Part shown: in pieces, positions 27,384-30,435 of the stretch
How the letters are laid out: each line of letters begins with the position of its first letter
Position numbering within the stretch: the first letter of the stretch is position 1
Assembly: GCA_040289575.1 (NCBI GenBank)
Contig: PSLL01000007.1
Coordinates: 31,124-61,558, forward strand
Origin: Candidatus Dadabacteria bacterium
GTDB lineage: Bacteria; Desulfobacterota_D; UBA1144; Nemesobacterales; CSP1-2
Direction of reading: 5' to 3'
Length of the DNA: 30,435 nt
Program-made: the position numbers and the translations under genes
Notes under the pieces: model-generated
What the model saw: only the letters and a program-made list of their open reading frames with translations
Databases searched by the model: none
What the model was told of the DNA's origin: nothing

Positions 27384-28386
27384 TTAGCCTCCAAAACCAG
27401 AGACCATGCCCTCTTCCTTAACCCTTGAGAATATCATCCTCCCCGTAGGGGTCTGAAGCACACTTGTTATGGAAACCTCTATCTCTCTTCCTACATACCT
27501 CTTGGCGTCGTCCACAACAACCATAGTTCCGTCTTCAAGATAACCCACGCCCTGATTTTCTTCCTTTCCCTCTTTGACGACACGTATACTGATTGTCTCG
27601 CCCGGAAGCACCACGGGTCTAAGCGCGCTTGAAAGTTGATTGAGATTGAGCACCTTCACACCATGAAGCCCTGCAACTTTATTTAGATTGAAATCATTCG
27701 TTACAATGATCCCTTTAATGCTCTTTGCGAGTTCTACGAGTTTTAAGTCCGCCTCTTTTATCTTCGGAAAATCGTGACTCGTAATTTTAATTACGATATT
27801 GGGAATCCCCTGCATACGCTTCAGCACATCGAGTCCCCTTCTTCCCCTTACCCTCTTAATCGGATCAATTGAATCGGCTATGTATTGAAGCTCTTTAATT
27901 ATGAACTTGGGCACGATTATAAGCCCTTCAATAAACCCAACCTCGGCAACATCCGCTCGTATCGAGTATCTTGGGCCCCCCGGAGTCCCCCTTAGCGAGA
28001 GACTTCTTTCCCATCTGGTCGGCTTCCCAACCCTTTCTCATTCCAATCCTTATTCCTATATAGAAAAGCCAAAGAAAAGCCACAATAAGGATATACGGAG
28101 CGATGTGCGGAATCCTCAAACCTTCAATCAATTCTTTAAATGCAAAAAAAGCAAGCGAGGCGATAGCCATTCCTATCGCGCCTCCAAGTATTGACCTCGG
28201 AGTAATTTGATCAACCTTAGGCTCAAGACCCCACAAAACTCCAAATGCTACAGCGCCGAATATAATTCCAATAGCGGCTGCCATAACGATAATAATACTA
28301 TCGGGATGATACGGGTTGTTGTATAGATATGTAATCCCAAAGCCCAGCATTACCGCCAGAATTAAGAAAAGAATTTTAACTCTCAT
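27384..28386 (-). pseudogene. PIN/TRAM domain membrane protein (YacL-like), frameshifted at about 27955
   Basis: The N-terminal TM ORF ends KILDTS. The other frame resumes ADVAEVGFIEGLIIVPKFIIKELQYIADS..RGRRGLD..TNDFNLNKVA..QGVGYLEDGTMVVV..SVLQTPTGRMIF. Conserved position upstream of ispD-ispF. Confidence 0.88.
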
Positions 28387-29150
28387 TTCTTCCTCACCCC
28401 CTTTTCCCTACCCTCTATCTGCCCTTGAGTAAAGCTAAGTATAAGTCATAACGGATGCATTTACAACTCCTAAGTGGCTCTCTTTGCTCTACTTTTATAT
28501 GCCGTGTAGGCATAATGCTACTTTCAGTCCATTTTTTAAACCGTGTAGATACGGAAAGTCTCCTTGACTCGCAAGCAGAAGATGCGGCGGGAGAATTAAT
28601 TTTTATTTTTAAACGCCTTCTCTTCCTTTGCACCCTTCCATAAATTCCCCAATCTCATCTACGCCCCCGTATCTGCTTGCGCCGTAGATTCGGAGCAAAT
28701 AATCTCATCAAATCCGTGAGGTATCTACATCCATCCATCTCTCTCCTCCTTTATCAACACCACCTAACAGAACATAATATTAAAGTAACACCGAGCCCTT
28801 TTAATGTAAATGGAAGAGGCTCTGTTGTATAAAAATAATGCAGGAAGTGTATAGCGTTAGTTGTATGAGAAAGAAACGGAACAAACACACTTACTGCAAT
28901 CGTAATTGGGAACAAAACTGCCGGTGCCCAATTATACGACCTTACAGAATGAATATTCGAAGACATGGCAGTAGCACGAGCAGAGGTTAGTGAGAGGCGA
29001 GGATATAATTGAGGCTGTTGTAAATTTCACAAGTATGGTGTAATTTTAAGTATCCGATTCATTGAAAGGGCAGTAATGTGGGGAAATTTCGCGAAACACC
29101 CCTGCAAATCTCAACCGGCTACTCAATTGAATTTTTAAGACCGTATCAAA

Positions 29151-30435
29151 ATGAAAGAGGACGTTCAAAAGGCAGTCTCTGAGTCCATAGAGGCTATAGA
29201 AAGAATGGGTTTTGTATTCCCTCCTATAGAAATTTCAATTACAGTCCCAAAAAAAAGGGAATTTGGGGATTTCTCAACGAATATTGCCCTAGTCCTTGGG
29301 AGGGAGATAAAGAAGAATCCCCGTGAGGTTGCAGAACTCATTATCGAAAATATAAACAAAGAGAGAAAGAATCTATTTAAAAAGATAGAGATCGCAGGCC
29401 CCGGTTTTATAAATTTTTTCATAAAAGAGGAGGCAATTGCAAATAAACTCTCGGAAATAGAGAGGCTTGGAGAAAATTTTGGAAACTCGAATTTGGGAAA
29501 CGGACAGAGGGTAATTGTTGAATTCGTAAGCGCAAACCCGACGGGATACCTACATCTCGGTCACGCGAGAAACGCCGCCGTAGGAGACGCAATTTCAGAA
29601 ATTCTAAAGGCCACGGGCTTTGATGTTATAAGTGAATTCTATATAAATGACGCGGGAAGGCAGATGGAGCTCCTCGGGCTTTCCGTTTATAGAAGATATG
29701 AAGAGCTTTTTGGAATCAAGAGAGAGATGCCTGAAGATGGGTATTACGGAGAATACATAAAAGAGATTGCCGGAGAGATCAAAGATAAAATGGGAATGGG
29801 GCTTCTTAGAGGGACTCCCGAGGAAGAGGCCGTTGCGTATTGCAGGGAATACGCTAAGGGAAGACTCCTCGATGAAATAAAGAGGGATTTAACCGATTTT
29901 GGTGTGACATTCGATAGTTGGTACAGCGAACTGGAGAAACTATACAGACCTATTCCAGAACTCGGATATAAAAATAGAATTGATTGTATAAAAAACGAAC
30001 TCAGAATGCAGGATGCCCTTGAAGAAAAAGACGGAGCACTCTGGTTTCGGGCTTCCCGATTCGGTGACTCCCAGGATTGGGTGCTCGTAAAAAAGGATGG
30101 AAGCCCGACGTATTTTCTCTCAGACATTGCATATCACCACGACAAGGTTCGAAGGGGATTTAAAAGGCTTATAAACGTGTGGGGAGCAGACCACCATGGA
30201 CATATTGCGCGTCTCAAGGCTGCCCTAAGGGCGCTTGGGCTTGATGACTCTCAGCTCGAGATAGTTCTAATCCAATTCGTAAGACTCATAAGAGCGGGAC
30301 AGGAAGTCTCCATGTCAAAGCGCGCTGGGAGTTACGTCACAATGCGCGAGGTTATGGAGGAGGTCGGACGCGATGTGATGAGGTTTTTTCTCCTTATGCG
30401 AAGCTCAGATGCCCATTTAGACTTCGATCTGGATT
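29151..30435 (+). CDS. argS: Arginine--tRNA ligase (3'-partial; absent from the ORF track because it has no stop in the window)
   Basis: Translated by eye: MKEDVQKAVSES..FGDFSTNIAL..AGPGFINF..VEFVSANPTGYLHLGHARNAAVGD..EFYINDAGRQ..DIAYHHDK..WGADHHG..MSKRAG. Confidence 0.96.
   Translation, partial: MKEDVQKAVSESIEAIERMGFVFPPIEISITVPKKREFGDFSTNIALVLGREIKKNPREVAELIIENINKERKNLFKKIEIAGPGFINFFIKEEAIANKLSEIERLGENFGNSNLGNGQRVIVEFVSANPTGYLHLGHARNAAVGDAISEILKATGFDVISEFYINDAGRQMELLGLSVYRRYEELFGIKREMPEDGYYGEYIKEIAGEIKDKMGMGLLRGTPEEEAVAYCREYAKGRLLDEIKRDLTDFGVTFDSWYSELEKLYRPIPELGYKNRIDCIKNELRMQDALEEKDGALWFRASRFGDSQDWVLVKKDGSPTYFLSDIAYHHDKVRRGFKRLINVWGADHHGHIARLKAALRALGLDDSQLEIVLIQFVRLIRAGQEVSMSKRAGSYVTMREVMEEVGRDVMRFFLLMRSSDAHLDFDLD

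Noticed and set aside
28655..28657. Selenocysteine or stop readthrough at the in-frame TGA
   Set aside because: No convincing SECIS-like hairpin, and the extended product resembles no known protein.
28754..28966. 70-aa minus-strand ORF
   Set aside because: No RBS or recognisable motif, so it is not supportable as a gene.
29065..29125. Weak resemblance to a c-di-GMP-I riboswitch or T-box upstream of argS
   Set aside because: GAAA and GCAAA words are present, but the required stems and the T-box consensus are not.

Overview
A bacterial chromosomal window, probably Gram-negative, with mostly housekeeping genes and a small accessory block. In order it contains: the 3' end of a PilY1-like adhesin and a FimT/GspH-like pilin; a HemD-HemE fusion broken by an apparent 4-bp loss; phoH; and a methionine-sulfoxide/Moco cluster (cytochrome b, Tat molybdoenzyme, secreted MsrAB, moaA, divergent moaCB). 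Next come an LLM-oxidoreductase remnant, glutamate dehydrogenase, a DUF4126 gene apparently starting at ATA and a large metallophosphoesterase. A five-gene signalling operon behind a sigma-54-type promoter follows (PAS kinase, Rcp1-like regulator, hybrid kinase, single-domain regulator, and a KaiB-family protein with no kaiC in the window). The remainder is sodA, an MlaF-like ATPase, two collided gene fragments, comEC, ispF, ispD, a frameshifted PIN/TRAM (YacL-like) gene and the 5' part of argS. I found no rRNA, tRNA, CRISPR array or transposase. The best candidate for an undescribed system is the KaiB-containing phosphorelay operon. Also notable are a high density of deletion-type lesions (two with 4-bp microhomology) and three distinct families of palindromic intergenic repeats. 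All family calls come from motif recognition by eye, not from database searches.
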